From an uncultured Verrucomicrobiae bacterium (GTDB lineage: Bacteria; Verrucomicrobiota; Verrucomicrobiia; Chthoniobacterales; JAFAMB01): 64,000 bases of DNA. Below, piece after piece: positions 19,744 to 32,245 of the stretch (position 1 is the first letter of the stretch; each line of letters opens with the position of its first letter). The stretch is from positions 608,001 through 672,000 of the forward strand of contig CAWAIK010000001.1 of the NCBI GenBank assembly GCA_963782115.1, in the 5' to 3' direction. The translations under genes and the position numbers were made by a program. The notes under the pieces are model-generated. The model searched no databases and was not told where the DNA came from. It worked only from the letters and a program-made list of their open reading frames with translations.

Positions 19744-22238
19744 ATGAGTGAACCGAGAACGCCGCCTTCCATTTTTTTTAAGACCGTTATTTCGTAATCA
19801 CGGTTTTGATCCTGTTCCTCGCGGCTCGGGGCTGGAGCATGGTTCGGGCTGAGCTTTATCCGTCGATACGAGAAAAAGGCTGCGGAATTCGATCTGGCGA
19901 AACTGGATTCGGTCGAATCAGCGAGCGTGATTTACGATCGCTATGGACAGGTCTTCGGAAAAATCTTTATTCAAAATCGGGAACAGGTAACCCTGGACCA
20001 GATTTCGCCCTACCTGGTCGACGCGGTCATCGCGGAGGAGGATAACCGCTTTTACGAACATAGCGGGCGTCGACTTTTTCGGGATGTTTCGCGCACTGCT
20101 CAAGAATACCCAGGCTGGTCGAATCCGTCAGGGAGCCAGTACGGTCACCCAACAGCTGGCCAGGAACGTATTCGATCTGCGGCGATCGGACGTACCATCG
20201 GAAAATACTCGAGGTTTTTCTGGCGATGCGGATCGAACGGTCCGTGCCGAAGAACAAGATCATGGAGCTCTACCTGAACCGGGTGTACTTCGGGGGCGGG
20301 CTTGTACGGTGCGGAGGCGGCTTCGAAAGGATATTTCGGAAAGCCGGCCAAAGATCTTTCCGTGGGGGAGGCGGCAATGCTGGCGGCTCTTTTGAAGAGC
20401 CCGAACAATCTTTCGCCATGGCATAATCTGGAGGCTGCAACTCAGGAACGGGATTTCGTCCTGACCCGGATGGTCGAGGAACATAAAATCTCTCAGCAAG
20501 TTGCGGATGACGCAAAACAACAGCCACTCCAGGTACAGCCGAAAATCAGGCGTGGTGTCGCAGTCTTACGCGATCGATTTAATCCGGCAGCAAGTCGCAG
20601 GGGCAGATCGGGCTTGAGTCAATTGCCAGTCAGGGATACCGGATCTACACGACTCTGGATCCTGTTCTCCAACGGACTGCCGAGGAATCGCTTCAACGCG
20701 AGTTGGATAAGGTCGAGGAGCAGCCCGACTATCAGCATCAGAAATACGTGGATTACACCGATTTCCTGAAAACTTGGAAGAGCACGCACACGGCTCCCGG
20801 ATCGCCGCCGGTACCCGAGTATCTGCAAGGAGCTGTGGTGGCCGTGGACAATCGGACCGGTGGGATATTGGCGCTCGTCGGGGGACGCGATTTTTCTCAG
20901 AGCGAATACGATCGTGCGCTCCAGTCGAAGCGTCCGGCGGGTACCGCGTTTACGCCGTTCGTCTTCACTGCCGCTCTGGAAAAGGGGGTTTTTCCGGGTT
21001 CGTTGTTCGAAGATTCGCCTCTCGACAATCGTCAGGTTATGATTGGAGGTACCACCGGGATTCTGGGTGAGTGGGGGGTTGAACGCGCGGATAACCAGTA
21101 CGAAGGGGCCTCTGCCGATGCGACGCATTTTTGCGTTATCGAAGAACGCGGCGACGGTCCGAGTCGGCGTAGAAGCTGGTTTGGATTCCGTCCTCAAACT
21201 GGCGAAAAAAGCTGGAATTCAAGATGATCTGCGCCCGTATCCCGCAACATTTCTTGGGAGCAGCGATGTCACATTGGCGGATCTTGTCACTTCTTACACG
21301 ATGTTTCCGGGAAGCGGTTCGCGCCCGGAGCGTTTGATGATGGTGGCAAGGATTGAAACGCAGGACGGCCAGGAGATTTATCACTCGGAACCGCAACGGG
21401 TGAAGGTGATCGATCCAGGTGTAGCATTTGAGATGCATTCCTTTCTGACGGAAGTCATGCAGACCGGCACTGCTTCGAATGCCCGTCAGGAATTCGGTCT
21501 GAAACAGTTTCCGGCTGCCGGCAAAACCGGAACCGCTTACAACTTTACGGATGTCTGGTTTGTGGGGTACGACAGCGAGGTAACATGCGGTGTCTGGGCC
21601 GGATTCGACAAGCCTCAAACGATCATGCGCGGCGCATTTTCCAACCAGATAGCGTTGCCCGTCTGGACCGATATCATGAATGCATCGCTGGCAAAGCAGC
21701 CTCCCAGGGAGCTGGGCAGACCAATCGATCTCAAGCGCGTGGAAGTCTGTCTGGATACCGGGTCTGCCCGCCTCGCCGAAGTGCATGTTGACCTCGGTCG
21801 CGGATCCGTGGTTGCCGCCGCGGAAAGGGAACGTTTTTCGAGTTTTCGACCGCCAAACAGCTCCCGAACGAAACTTGCTGGCTCCATGGAGATGATACCC
21901 GCTCATTTGTGCGGACGCTTCGTTCTCAGGACGCGCCGCGAGCGACGAATGCGACCGACCCGGCCCAGGCGGTTCCCGTTCTGGTCCGTGAACCGACTGT
22001 GCTTGGCGACGATCCCTATCAATCCGTAAAGCCGCGCCCTAAAGAACCGCCGCAGCTCGCCCAGACGAGCAAAGCTGATTGGACGCCGGCTCCTCGCGCC
22101 CTTCCTGTCGACAAACCCCCACCTGAAGTTCGCCGTGCCGAGCCGGTCGGTCCACTCGATCGCCAGCAAACGCCGCCGCCGGTCGATTTGCCGACGCCGC
22201 CGCCGGTGGACCTCAATGACGATCCGACGAATTTGTAG
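19744..22238 (+). CDS. Penicillin-binding protein 1A family (transglycosylase-transpeptidase), several frameshifts
   Basis: EDNRFYEH, QGASTVTQQLARN, IMELYLNRVYFG, AAGKTGT, DVWFVGY across frames. Confidence 0.85.
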
Positions 22239-22250
22239 TCGGTGCACACA

Positions 22251-23190
22251 ATGACCAGAACATCCGGAATACGAGACGAAATCGAGATTTACGACGAGCG
22301 TTTTCTGTATCTGACTGTTGGAAACGCTTGGGTTGAGAAGCTTTACACCGGGACACTTTGGGCCGAGGGCCCGGTTTATTTTGCAGACGGCGATTACTTG
22401 GTCTGGAGCGATATCCCAAACAATCGAATGCTGCGTTGGGCTGGCGGTCACGTCAGCGTTTTTCGGGATTTTGCCAACAATAGCAACGGCAACACGCGTG
22501 ACCTGCAGGGCCGTTTGGTCACGCTGCGAACACGGAGCGCGACGGGTGACCCGGACTGAGCCGGACGGCTCCATCACGGTTTTGGTTGATCAATTCCAAG
22601 GCAAGAAGCTGAACTCTCCAAACGATGTGGTCGTCAAGTCGGATGGGACATGTCTGGTTTACGGATCCGCCGTACGGGATTTTATCCGACTACGAAGGGC
22701 ACGTTGCCGAGAGTGAATATGGCGGTTGTTATGTCTTCCGATTTGATCCTGTGACCGGAGATCTTGAAGCGGTTGTCAAAGATTTTAATAAGCCGAATGG
22801 GATCGCATTTTCCCCGGATGAATCGAAGCTCTACGTGGTCGATACCGGCGGTTCCCACGCCATGGCGGGTGAACATCATATCCGTGTCTTCTCGTTGGAT
22901 AAGAGGGACGATTGAGCGGCGGAGAGGTTTTTGCAGAGGTTTCTCCCGGTCTGGCGGACGGTCTTCGGGTGGACCAGCAGGGCAATATCTGGACGAGTGC
23001 CGGGGACGGCGTGCACTGTTATGCTCCGGATGGGGTTCGCCTGGGGAAAATACTAGTTCCGGAACCGGTATCTAATTTGACCTTTGGCGGTCCCAAAAGG
23101 AACCGGATCTTCATCACGGCCACGACTTCATTGTACGCCGTGTATGTCGCGGCGAACGGGAGCTCAGCGCCCATAGTCTGCACCTTGTGA
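22251..23190 (+). CDS. SMP-30/gluconolactonase family protein, frameshifted
   Basis: WAEGPVY, SDIPNNR, LNSPNDVVV, WFTDPPYG, PNGIAFSPDE, SNLTFGG. Confidence 0.88.
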
Positions 23191-23282
23191 TCTCACGAGT
23201 CTTCGGACGCGGGTTTTCCGGGGCAATGCCTGTTTCGCGGATGTGATCCGGGAAAGATCGTTTATTTGGAGGATTCAAAAGA

Positions 23283-24810
23283 ATGCTTACCGAGCAAGCT
23301 CGAGTGATTCAGCTAATCCGTGCGGATGACGTGGTCATTGCATGCCAGGACTTGGCGGCTGGGACGCATCTCGATGAATACGATCTGACGGTACGGAGCG
23401 CCGTTCCGGCTGGACACAAAGTCGCTATCCGGGACATTGCTGTCAGGTCAACCTGTGCGCCGGTATAGCCAAATTATCGGGTTCGCGTCGGAGCCGATTT
23501 CGGCAGGCGAACATGTGCATGTGCAAAATCTGAGAGTCCAGTCCTTCGAACGCGATTACGCGTTCTGCACGGATGCCAAGCCGACCAGCTACGTTCATCC
23601 GGGTGCGACGTTCAGCGGAATCGTCCGTCCTGACGGCCGCGTCGCAACTCGGAATTATCTGGGTGTGTTGACCACGGTGAATTGTTCGGCCACGGTCGCA
23701 AAGAGGATTTCGGAAACATTTTCGGGTGAAGCGTTGAGAGAGTATCCGAATGTCGATGGCGTCGTCGCGATCACTCACACTACGGGGTGTGGGATGGATA
23801 TAAACGGGGAGGGGATGGAAGTCTTGCGCCGTACCCTGTCCGGTTATGCGCGGCATGTTAATTTTTGCGGGATACTGATGATCGGACTGGGTTGCGAGGT
23901 CAATCAGGCGGAAGACCTGTTTTCCACTCAGAATCTTCCGCCAGGGCCGCTTTTGTCTTCGATGACGATCCAGGAATCGGGAGGTACGGTCGGCGCAATC
24001 CGGCGCGGAGTCGAACGGATCCGGGAAATGTTGCCGATCGCAAATCAAGTCACGCGTCAGACCGTGTCTGCCGGTCATTTGATCATCGGTCTGCAATGCG
24101 GGGGTTCGGACAGCTATTCCGGTATCACGGCAAATCCTGCGCTCGGCGCCGCGGTCGATCTTCTGGTCAGCCATGGCGGTACTGCGATTTTGTCGGAAAC
24201 GCCCGAGATTTACGGTGCAGAACACTTGCTGACGCGACGGGCGGTTTCCCCGGAAATCGGTGAAAAGCTGATTTCGCGGATTCGCTGGTGGGAGGAATAC
24301 ACAGAGCGGGAGCGAGGCGAGATGAATAATAATCCTTCGCCTGGAAATAAAGTGGGCGGCCTGACGACGATCCTGGAAAAATCGTCTGGGCGCAGTGGCA
24401 AAAGGCGGAACAACAAATCTGGTGGACGTATTCGAATACGCTGAACCGGTTACCGCCAAGGGATTGGTTTTTATGGATACTCCTGGATATGATCCGGTTT
24501 CTGCTACCGGCCAGGTCGCGGGCGGCGCGAATCTAATCTGTTTCACTACGGGTCGCGGGTCAGTTTACGGGTGCAAACCGGCGCCCTCGCTGAAATTGGC
24601 GACCAGCTCGCGGCTATTCCGGCAAATGGCGGACGACATGGATATCAATTGCGGCGAAATTCTGGACGGAGAACGCGTCGATCCAGGAATTGGGGCAACG
24701 CATCTTTCGAGCTGATTTTGGAAACCGCTTCAGGTCGACAATCTCGTTCGGAGGCGCATGGGTTCGGTGCGGAAGAGTTCGTGCCCTGGATGCTTGGGGC
24801 CGTCATGTAA
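23283..24810 (+). CDS. UxaA/GarD family (altronate-type) dehydratase with SAF domain, frameshifted
   Basis: GHKVA, GLQCGGSD, SETPEIYGAE, NNNPSPGNK, FMDTPGYD, FTTGRGS. Confidence 0.88.
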
Positions 24811-24887
24811 CGCAGTGTGCGGCATTTGCCCTTCCGTTTTCGCGAGCGCGAAGTCTCACCAGCGCTTCGGCTTGAGAAATTCTCGTG

Positions 24888-25457
24888 CTACAGATGAGGA
24901 ATGAGTGCTTTCACCCGACGTCGGTAGCGTTCGTATTCCGCCCCGAAATGAGCGCACATCCATCGCTCTTCGAGCATCAGTTTACGTACAAACGAGACGA
25001 CGATGATCGCGAAGCCAAGGCACGCCTGAACCGTGCCGATAGTGATGACCGAGCCGAGCAACGCCAAAAGAATTCCGCTATAAATTGGGTGCCGAACCCA
25101 TGCGTAGGGGCCGGTCTGAATCATCCGATGATCAACTTTGAGAGTGATGCGGCCACTCCAGTATTTTCCGAGGTGGTATCTTGCCCAGGCGGCGACACTC
25201 AGCCCGAGCATTGTCAGACAAAGACCGATGGCCAGAGATACCCCGATGGCGGCCAGAGGAGTAGGCGGGTCGGAATCCGAGAGGGTCTCGACGAAATAAG
25301 CAAGATAACGCCGACTGCAAGGGGAACCCTGTACGAAGCACCGGTCAGCCATGATTCCGTCTGCCGGTTGGCCGCAGTCTGGCGCGCCGCGACGATCCAG
25401 TAGGCGGCCCACCCCAACCAGAGCATCCAGACGAGGGCTAGTTCGAAATTCATCCAA
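24888..25457 (-). CDS. Isoprenylcysteine carboxyl methyltransferase family membrane protein
   Basis: LGKYWSG, GPYAWVRHPIYSG, EERWM..FG.EY; 5' part frameshifted. Confidence 0.85.
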   Translation of the reverse strand: MDEFRTSPRLDALVGVGRLLDRRGAPDCGQPADGIMADRCFVQGSPCSRRYLAYFVETLSDSDPPTPLAAIGVSLAIGLCLTMLGLSVAAWARYHLGKYWSGRITLKVDHRMIQTGPYAWVRHPIYSGILLALLGSVITIGTVQACLGFAIIVVSFVRKLMLEERWMCAHFGAEYERYRRRVKALIPHL

Positions 25458-25767
25458 TCGCGCATAGATTCTATCTGCCTTATTTGCGAGCGTTTGTCGT
25501 TGCGCTTTTGCTCGACAGGCCGGGCCGAAGAGGAAGAGCCTCGAGGCCCCCGAAATTTTCGCTCAGTTTTTACCGACATTCAGTCCGAGATCAACCTTTG
25601 CGAGGACTCGTACGCTTACTACGGCTAGTGCGGCGAAGGAGGACCTGCAAATAAGTATTAAGATCGTGCGTGCTTCCTAACCGGTATGCAGCAATGCCGT
25701 CGGAATTCGCTCGCACGACGTCTGTCCGTATTGACTCCGATTGTCAGGGATCTTACCATTCCAATCA

Positions 25768-25889
25768 TGGGTGATAAATCTCCGAAAGCCACGCACAAGC
25801 AGGCGGCGCAAAAACAGGCAAAGGCTAGCGCCGCGAATCAGAAGAAGAGTAACGCTGCCAGTTCAAAGCAAGTTCCGAAGGCTAAGTAG
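25768..25889 (+). CDS. Small Lys/Ala-rich basic protein (40 aa)
   Basis: MGDKSPKATHKQAAQKQAKASAANQKKSNAASSKQVPKAK; ATG start, tandem stops. Confidence 0.5.
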
Positions 25890-26153
25890 TAAAAGACGCA
25901 CAAAATCGCTTCCGGTCCAGCCGGACATGCCGGGTGACAAAGTTGGGTTGGACTAGTACTAGTCAGTACTAGTCGCATATAGACTTTGTCCTTGTTGGAA
26001 CGCTGCGCTTCGACGGTGCGTTCGGTGGTTTTGTTCGCTTGGAGGGATGACACGGTGTGCCACCTGCAAGGCTTAAAGGTTCTTCGCGCACTCTTGAAAG
26101 GTCCATTTCAGAGCAAACGTTGGATCGCCTTTGGGGATGAACTCGTGCGTAAT

Positions 26154-26504
26154 CTAACCAGAGTGTCCGGTCTCTTTGATGGTCCTTAGAATTGCGGGAT
26201 AATATAGTTCTTGGTCCTCATCCATCTCGTTACGTCCGGGATTGCCCGCCGTATGATAGTGACCAATGTAATCCTTTGCCGAGCGGATGGTGTGGGTAAT
26301 GTCACCCTCCATGATTTGCATGTGGTAGATGTCGTACAGTAACCTCACCCGCGGTGAAGCAACCGCTCGACACACCTGAACGCCCCAGGCAACCAATTCG
26401 ACGGCCTTAAAACCGGCGTCGGCGACGGCGTGCACAAACTGTTCCGGGGTGAACTTTTCAGGGACAAAGCTCCACCAAGTGACGGATTGGGAAATCGCAC
26501 TCAT
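26154..26504 (-). pseudogene. Hydroxypyruvate isomerase family gene with a large in-frame internal deletion
   Basis: N-terminus (GFKAVELV) fused directly to the C-terminal part ([14 protein letters not shown]...[12 protein letters not shown]). Confidence 0.75.
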
Positions 26505-28048
26505 TCTCTGAGATTCTCGAACCTTGGGAAGATCGGGCTTGGTTTGCCCAATTCATGTTCCGAGGGCAGGCCGCCCCACTGCAAAGTCCGGAAATTCCCG
26601 GCCTGCAACTGTTCCAGGATTTTCTCACTCGATGCCGGAATCACAGGGCTGACGAGCAGTGCGAGCAGCCTGACGGTTTCAGCAAGAGTGTAGAGGACCG
26701 CGCTCAACAAGTCGGATTGCGCCGGATCTTTAGCTAGTTTCCAAGGCGCCTTTTGTTCGACCAACGCATTGGCTCTGGCAACAAGCTCCCAGGCGGTTTC
26801 CAGCGCGTTGTGCACTTCGAATCGCTCGAATGCGGCTCGGTAGCGCCCGATGACGGAGTTCGCCAGATCGCGAATCGCCTCCAGATCCGGATCGTGGAGC
26901 TCGCGTGAACCGAGAAGACCATTGCGATAGCGCTGACTCATGCTGATGGTTCGATTGACCAGGTTCCCCAGGGCATTCGCCAGATCACTGTTGTTGCGCT
27001 GAACGAGGTTTTCTTCGCTAAAATCCGAGTCCTGACCCACAATGTTATCCCTCATCAAATAGTAGCGAAGGACGTCGGGACCGTATTTGTCCGCCAAAAT
27101 ATCCGGATCGATCACGTTTCCGAGGCTCTTGCTCATCTTTGCGCCCGCTATATTCCACCATCCGTGAACGACCAGCGTCGGCATCTGTTCATCCGAGAAC
27201 CCCATGGCATGAAGAATGATCGGCCAGTAAACGCCGTGGGCTGGAACGAGGATATCTTTGCCTATGATATGCGCCTTGCAGGGCCAGAGCTCGTTAAAAT
27301 CGGGCAGGCTCGGATCATTATCGGAGAGGTAGCCGGCGAAGGAAACATAGTTCAAGAGCGCATCGAACCAGACGAACGTGACATAATTCGGGTCGAACGG
27401 AAGCTCAATGCCCCAGGATAACCGCTCCCTTGGGCGGGAAACGCAAAGATCGCCAGAAAGACGATCGATCGCGTTGAGCAATTCGTTTCGACGCAAATTC
27501 GGAATCACGAAATCAGGGTGCGTTTCAACGAAATTTTTGAGCCAATTCTTGTGTTTGACCAGGGGGAAATACCAGTTCTCTTCCTCAAGAAGAATGACCT
27601 CCCCCCACTCGGGCCCGAATGCTCCCGCCTCATTTCTTTCCTTGTCGGTAAGAAATTGCTCCTGGCGGACGCTGTAATAACCGGCGTATTTTGCCTTTGT
27701 TAACTCACCTTTTTCGTAGAGCGACTGCAGAACTCTCTGAACGGTCTTTTTGTGTCTGGGATCGGTCGTCGCTGCCCAGCCATCCTTTTGAATACCGAGC
27801 TTGTTCCAGAGAGCGAGGAATTTTTCTGTGATCTCTTGCGCAAACTCCATTGGCTGGACCCCGGACTGCAGAGCGGCCTGTTGCACTTTTTGTCCATGCT
27901 GATCGACACCGGTCAAAAAGAAAGTCGGCCCGTCAAAGGTTCGGTGAAACCTGGCGATGACATCGGCCAGGATCTTCTCATAGGCGTGCCCGATGTGCGG
28001 CTCGCCATTCGTATAATCAATTGCCGTTGTGATGAAATAGTATTTCAC
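26501..28048 (-). CDS. metG: Methionine--tRNA ligase
   Basis: [38 protein letters not shown]. Confidence 0.96.
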   Translation of the reverse strand: MKYYFITTAIDYTNGEPHIGHAYEKILADVIARFHRTFDGPTFFLTGVDQHGQKVQQAALQSGVQPMEFAQEITEKFLALWNKLGIQKDGWAATTDPRHKKTVQRVLQSLYEKGELTKAKYAGYYSVRQEQFLTDKERNEAGAFGPEWGEVILLEEENWYFPLVKHKNWLKNFVETHPDFVIPNLRRNELLNAIDRLSGDLCVSRPRERLSWGIELPFDPNYVTFVWFDALLNYVSFAGYLSDNDPSLPDFNELWPCKAHIIGKDILVPAHGVYWPIILHAMGFSDEQMPTLVVHGWWNIAGAKMSKSLGNVIDPDILADKYGPDVLRYYLMRDNIVGQDSDFSEENLVQRNNSDLANALGNLVNRTISMSQRYRNGLLGSRELHDPDLEAIRDLANSVIGRYRAAFERFEVHNALETAWELVARANALVEQKAPWKLAKDPAQSDLLSAVLYTLAETVRLLALLVSPVIPASSEKILEQLQAGNFRTLQWGGLPSEHELGKPSPIFPRFENLRE

Positions 28049-28052
28049 TCGA

Positions 28053-28397
28053 TCATTCGCGCACGATTTTACCGCCCCAAGACAAAATGCGAGCCTTTGC
28101 ACCGGCAGCCTCTGCTTCTTTGATCTGGCTATTCCGAACGTAAAAGAGCGAAAGGCTGGACCACGCGAGCTGATCGTTCGGCCGAAGTTCGACCGCCTTC
28201 TTACCCGCCTCGATCGCTTCCGGGTAATTCCCATTTTTCATCAGCGTCATCCCGAGCGCATGCCAGCCGTCGAAAAAGTCCGGAAGTTGTTCGACGCATT
28301 GCCGATATTTCTCGATTGCCGCCGGCAGTTCCCCAATTGCCAGGTCGCCGTTCGCATCGTCAAAAAGCTCTTCAATTTCCGACGGGATTTCGTCCAT
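28053..28397 (-). CDS. Tetratricopeptide repeat protein
   Basis: WHALGMTL...AIEAGKKAVELRPND TPR pattern. Confidence 0.8.
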   Translation of the reverse strand: MDEIPSEIEELFDDANGDLAIGELPAAIEKYRQCVEQLPDFFDGWHALGMTLMKNGNYPEAIEAGKKAVELRPNDQLAWSSLSLFYVRNSQIKEAEAAGAKARILSWGGKIVRE

Positions 28398-28435
28398 AAG
28401 TCGATGCCGCTGGCCGCGCAAATCGCGCGGTGTTT

Positions 28436-29950
28436 CTACCCGGTCGCTCCCTGACCAAAGATCGGTGGGCGCCCAGCCCTCTGCAGTTCCACTCTTAGCC
28501 ACTCGCGGATTGCGATCTTTTCGTACTGGCTGTTTTGCTGGGCATATTCCTTCTTTTTGAATTCGGCGTATTTTTGTTCGTCGACTGGTTCTTTGCTGAT
28601 CATGTGGATGATCAATGCCGAGCCCTGATCTTGCAAAAGCTTCGAAGTCTCGTTGGTATCGAGTTCGATGCCATTCATCGCGATGAACCGCGCGAGCTCG
28701 GCGTTGTTTCCGGGATCAATGAGATCGAACGGCTCCGGCGTCTCAGCCTTGGAGCCCGCGTTCTCGGCGGCTTGAACGAAACTGATTCCTTTTCGCATGT
28801 CGGCATCGATCTTCTCTCGCACTTCCTTCGCTTTCGCCTGAATTGCTGCTTGAGCCTTCTCCTCCTTGATCGCGGCAACGACCTGGTCTTTCGATTCCGC
28901 CAGCGTGAGCGGTCGACTCGCTTCAATGTCTGTCAGTTTCATGACGTAAAAGCCGTTCGGCCCTTCGGTGACATCGCTAATGGGATTGTCCTTGGTGAGA
29001 TTGAATGCCTCGTGAGCCAACGCGGGGTCCTCTGAGAGTGCCTTGTCCGGCCGTTCCAGCGTAAATGGCTCAGTCTGGACAACCTGGAACCCTTTTTCTT
29101 TAGCGGTCTGTTCGAAAGTCGACGGATTCTGCAGTGCGGTCTGAGCAAATGAATCTGCCTGCTCCGCGAGAGGTTTCTTTGCCGAAACCTTCTGTTCGTC
29201 CGACAATTTCTTCTGATCGTCGTTTAGCAAAAAGGAGACCAGTTCGATCTTCCTTTTTTCCGGGGACAGGATGGTGTCCTTATGCTGATTGTAGTACTTC
29301 TGGACATCGCCGTCGGAGACTTGAATGGAAGACTCGAAATCGGCGCGTTTAAACCGAATGATGGCGACAGAAATTTTTTGGTTCAGTTGTTCATATTGCT
29401 GCCTAAACATCCCTTCCGGGAGCGGGGAACTGCCCTTGACCAATTGGGTGACTCCGGCATATCGCAAATTGTCCGCGACAACCTCGTCGAGATCAGCTGA
29501 CGTAAACCCGTTCGGCTTCAACGCCGCGTCGATAAACTGCTGATACTTTGCCGGATCAAACTGATTATTCGTTTGGAATTGAGGCAAAGCCTTCTCGGCA
29601 TTCCGGATCTGATCGGCAGACGGTTCAACCTGCATCCGTTTGGCTTCGTCGCGAAGTAAAAGCAAATTCCACGCGAAGCTCAGGGATTGATCGTCGCGTG
29701 TCCGACCTTCAGTAGTCAAGTCTTGGACCAGTTCTTGCATGCCCAGAGAGAAAATCACTTGGATGTCTCTTTCGATCTTCTGAATGTCGCCGACGGTGAT
29801 TGTTCGGCCATTCAGTTTGCCGATGGCTCCGCCCGGACCTGCAGCGCGGCGCATTGTTGACGGATTGTAAAACCAGGCAAAAGCGACGATCACAAAGATG
29901 GTAACGATCGTAAGCAATGTCCGCTGTCTCTTGCGTATCGACTCCAACAT
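28436..29950 (-). CDS. SurA N-terminal domain / PpiD-like periplasmic chaperone
   Basis: MLESIRK + N-terminal TM helix, FQTNNQFD, YY..HK..PEKRKI, ISDVTE..GFYV. Confidence 0.8.
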   Translation of the reverse strand: MLESIRKRQRTLLTIVTIFVIVAFAWFYNPSTMRRAAGPGGAIGKLNGRTITVGDIQKIERDIQVIFSLGMQELVQDLTTEGRTRDDQSLSFAWNLLLLRDEAKRMQVEPSADQIRNAEKALPQFQTNNQFDPAKYQQFIDAALKPNGFTSADLDEVVADNLRYAGVTQLVKGSSPLPEGMFRQQYEQLNQKISVAIIRFKRADFESSIQVSDGDVQKYYNQHKDTILSPEKRKIELVSFLLNDDQKKLSDEQKVSAKKPLAEQADSFAQTALQNPSTFEQTAKEKGFQVVQTEPFTLERPDKALSEDPALAHEAFNLTKDNPISDVTEGPNGFYVMKLTDIEASRPLTLAESKDQVVAAIKEEKAQAAIQAKAKEVREKIDADMRKGISFVQAAENAGSKAETPEPFDLIDPGNNAELARFIAMNGIELDTNETSKLLQDQGSALIIHMISKEPVDEQKYAEFKKKEYAQQNSQYEKIAIREWLRVELQRAGRPPIFGQGATG

Positions 29951-30037
29951 AGGGAGGAGAAAGGTGGATGGTCCCAGGCCGATTTTCAATTAGAAAGAGG
30001 CAGGAGCGGTTTAGGAGAGGCTGCAGGCAGATCAAAG

Positions 30038-30492
30038 ATGCGGAGACAGGGCCAGGAACGCCTTGTCTTCCCAGGGGCTCGCGAGCAGCTCGTAGAACGC
30101 GCGCTGCGTTTTATCGCTGTCCAACAAATCGCAAAGACGAAGCTGACTCCCGACCTACAGACGGGCCAGCAAGCCGTAACCATCTTTTTTCCCCTTTCGA
30201 TGCTGCGCCGGCACTTAGAACAGCTCAGCCACGGATATAAGCTCAGCGAAATCAAAGAGGCGTTAGACATTCTAGCCGATACTCGAATAGCTGTTGAAGA
30301 CAGGGCGCCAGCGACGAACTCGTGACTTTTCCTCGATCCTGACACACTGCATGGCATCCACAATCGAGGGCGACCATACCCGGCGAAAAGACCTATATCG
30401 CCGTGACCTTTCATCCTGCGGCCACTGCCGCCATTCTGCAACGTCCCCTCGCCCGTTGGCTGACGACTCGTATGAGCCACAATTATCGCCAG
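30038..30492 (+). pseudogene. Plasmid replication initiator-like protein fragment
   Basis: FPGAREQLVERALR...GYKLSEIKEALDIL...VTFHP...LARWLTTRMSHNY; has stops and deletions. Confidence 0.55.
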
Positions 30493-30699
30493 GACCCGCC
30501 TGCAACGTCAATTGCTGCGATTCCAACCAGACTTGCAGCCCGAGTGGAGAGTGTGTCGTCGCCAAGGCCTGCCGAACAGGCGAAATTTCTTTGCATCAGC
30601 GCCGACGGAAAAACGCAGAACTGCTGCACAGAAGATCAGGGTTGCTTCTCCGATGGCTCGCGTAGCACGTTTGGCGGTTAGTTTTCGGCCATGCGCGAG

Positions 30700-30975
30700 G
30701 AGACCGGGAAAAACCGGGGGCTACGCCGCCTTTGCATCGCATGTCTCCTGCATTTCAAACCGGAGGCTAGAAACAGCCGAGGCGTTGTCCATCGGGGTGG
30801 GCTGGCTCGTAATGGAACACGATTCTCAGCTCGAAGCTTTACTTTGTCCACGTCTGGATTCGGGGATCCACCCGATGCTCTGGCGGCGCTTTCTGGTACG
30901 ATCCGACAACACCCGCCCGATCTTCACGTCCTCTTGCAGATCGGCTTCGACTGGACGGACTTCCATCTCAAACGC
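30700..30975 (+). pseudogene. Possible IS4-like DDE transposase C-terminal remnant
   Basis: KTGGY...RRLE...LSIGVGWL...LLQIGFDW pattern across frames. Confidence 0.35.
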
Positions 30976-31009
30976 TGTCGCAAAAAGGTCTACGCCGTGC
31001 CACGCCTTA

Positions 31010-31247
31010 GCGGGCTCGGCTGCCACGATGCACGGGAAATCAAGCTGGGGTACCTCCACTTTCGCATATTGATCCGGGCCGCTTTGATGATTTGGTTGAA
31101 CAAATCACCGGCCAGCCGGCCGAGGCCCACGTCATCGTAGACACAGGCTCCAGCGCATTTGTCCCCTGCTCCACTACGTGGTCAGTAATGAGGTGCAGGC
31201 AATACGCTCCCAAAGCCGGTCATCAACTGGTGGTCCACACGATTACC
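31010..31247 (+). pseudogene. Conjugal transfer TraL-like fragment
   Basis: IDPGRFDDLVEQI...VIVDTGSSAFVP..HYVVSNEV...GHQLVVHTIT resembles IncP-type TraL. Confidence 0.6.
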
Positions 31248-31734
31248 GCATCCTTGGTGCCGCCGGTCACGAGGAACACCCCATCGATATTGTCGGCTAA
31301 ATAAGCTTCGAGCCACGTGCTCAGTTGATCGCCTTGCAACGGATCATTCAGACTAGGTGCCTGGGTTTTGGCTCCCTTATTGAACGAGTCATCTCCCATG
31401 TCAACCCCAGCGAGTGCTGCAATTCCACTCCTTGAAAACCCGACATTGAGCCCTACGAGCGGAAGCTTTTCTGTCTTTCCCTCGTTCTTGAGCTCAGCCA
31501 ATTCGAACTCCCGCTGATGAACCGTCCGTGTCGTCGTGATGCGTTTGGCGATCGTATTGCGGAGGACTCGCTTGAACGTGGCGACGTCCGTGATTTTGAA
31601 AAACACAAATTGCTGAAAGAACTTCTGAAGTCCGATCAGAACATCCTCCTGGATTTCATCCAGGTCGAGTTCAAGCTTTCTGGCGCGGATTGTGGATTTG
31701 GCAGCAGTTGTTGAGGAGTTAGACTGGCGGACAT
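31248..31734 (-). pseudogene. Dyp-type peroxidase N-terminal fragment
   Basis: LDEIQEDVLIGLQK..FFKITD...LNVGFSRSG...IDGVFLVTG. Confidence 0.65.
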
Positions 31735-31779
31735 ATCGGCTTTTCCTTAGGTGCGAGTGAAGGGTAAATCGACTTTATA

Positions 31780-32097
31780 TACGGCTAGCTCGAATATTTC
31801 CCCCAGCCAGTCCACATGCCTCGCGTCCTGTCGCTGTACGGCATGGTGGAGCTGGACGCGCAGAAAACGTGCTGCAGCGCCGCCCATTCCGCGTCGGCCC
31901 ACGTAATCACCACCGCCGACGCCTTTGGCGGCTCTCCCTCCGACGCCGGGCAGCAGGCGCGGCGCCTGCTTGCCGACGAGTTCGTAGGTCACGGCAGGCA
32001 GTGGTGGCCTGTTCGCGATTCCGGAACGAAAGGTAGACTTCTTCGCTTCCTGCAGGGTCATGCCGCGGCGCAGTTTTGGATTCTGGCTGTTATTCAT
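31780..32097 (-). pseudogene. Truncated hypothetical gene
   Basis: ATG 32097; after a frameshift reads AVVITWADAEWAALQHVFC...; truncated. Confidence 0.4.
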
Positions 32098-32119
32098 GGC
32101 TCCTTCCCGGTGAGATCTG

Positions 32120-32245
32120 CTATGGTTTGTCGCGAGTTCTGCACCGCAAGTTGTTTAGGATGGCAGTTCCGTCCGGCGTCCCCAGGCCTGTGCATGCGTC
32201 CCATCCCGGTCCGGCCGCGTAGCCCTTGATCGTATTCTTGATCGC
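32120..32245 (-). pseudogene. S53 (kumamolisin-like) peptidase extreme C-terminal fragment
   Basis: GYAAGPGWDACTGLGTPDG signature. Confidence 0.7.

Noticed and set aside
23443..24546. Long antisense ORF (367 aa) and similar shadow ORFs
   Set aside because: Lies opposite a well supported gene, as expected in GC-rich DNA
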